Assembly: GCF_006345805.1 (NCBI RefSeq) | Contig: NW_021836216.1 | Span: 1 to 34,512, forward strand | From: Octopus sinensis | Taxonomy: Eukaryota | Length of the DNA stretch: 34,512 nucleotides | Direction: 5' to 3' | Shown: piece by piece, positions 33,828-34,512 of the stretch | How positions within the stretch are numbered: the stretch's first letter is position 1 | Layout: the number at the start of each line of letters is the position of its first letter | Program-made: the position numbers and the translations under genes | Notes under the pieces: model-generated | Told to the model about the DNA's origin: nothing | The model's input: only the letters and a program-made list of their open reading frames with translations | The model's database searches: none

Positions 33828-34219
33828 GGAGGCGCAATGGCCCAGTGGTAGGGCATCGGACTCGCAGTCGTAGGATCGCGGTATTCGATTCCCATCGTTG
33901 TGAGTATTTATTGAGCGAAAAACCTAAATCTTAGCTCCGCGAGGCACCCTCAGGGGATGGTGGTGATCCTGCTGTACTCTTTCACCACAACTTTCTCTCA
34001 CTCTTTCTCTTCCCTGTTTCTTCTGTTGTACCCTGTATTTCAAAGGGCCAGGCCTTGTCACTCTCTGTGTCAGCTGAATATCCCCGAGAAACTACGTTAA
34101 GGGTACACGTGTCTGTGGAGTGCTTGCTCAGCCCCTACACGTTAATTTCACGAGCGGCTGTTCCGTTGATTCGGATCAACCGGAACCCTCGTCGTCTTAA
34201 CGACGGATTGCTTCCATCC

Positions 34220-34220
<1 letters not shown>
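33828..34220 (+). mobile_element. tRNA-derived SINE family C, full length
   Basis: GGAGGCGCAATGGCCCAGTGGTAGGG head, TTCGATTCC B box, (TCCA) tail. Confidence 0.8.
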
Positions 34221-34255
<35 letters not shown>

Positions 34256-34264
34256 CATATATAT

Positions 34265-34512
34265 ATCACAGTGATCACCGTGACCGACCAGGCTGTCAGA
34301 TGTTGCTACACATCGCTGGTCACAATGCCTTTTCGGTTTGGAGAGAAAGTTGTGGTGATAGAGTACAGCAGGGATCGCCACAACTCCCTGCCGGAGACTC
34401 GTGGAGCTTTTGGGTTTTTTTTGCTCAATAAACAACCAAAATGGCCGGTCTGGGAATCGAACCCGCGATCCTACGACCGCGACTCAGCTGCCCTAACCAC
34501 TGGGCTATTGCG
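34265..34512 (-). mobile_element. SINE family C variant, head runs to the window edge
   Basis: Reverse complement CGCAATAGCCCAGTGGTTAGGGCAG..GGTTCGATTCCC; tail shared with 20205-20435. Confidence 0.8.

Overview
AT-rich, microsatellite-saturated eukaryotic non-coding DNA, intronic or intergenic. The repeat landscape fits an octopus/coleoid cephalopod genome; this is an inference from the tRNA-derived SINE families and the (TA)n/(TACA)n/(TG)n density. No protein-coding gene can be supported, and most ORF-track hits are microsatellite translations. The window holds many SINE copies (three families), a CR1-like LINE 3' fragment, a mariner 3' end, two MITEs, a non-autonomous Helitron and minisatellites. 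The notable hidden content is a dense set of hammerhead-ribozyme (HHR) motifs: about 9 clear or near-clear minimal type I HHRs from several different repeat families, plus degenerate ones. Nearly all have a palindromic or near-palindromic stem III (CCATGG, CCGG, CGATCG, CAGCTG, CGGCTG), as in Penelope-like-element/retrozyme HHRs. They include a direct-repeat pair predicting a ~429-nt self-cleaved monomer, an inverted pair, a U4C core-variant family, and one copy interrupted by a MITE. All folds were parsed by eye and none has been tested.
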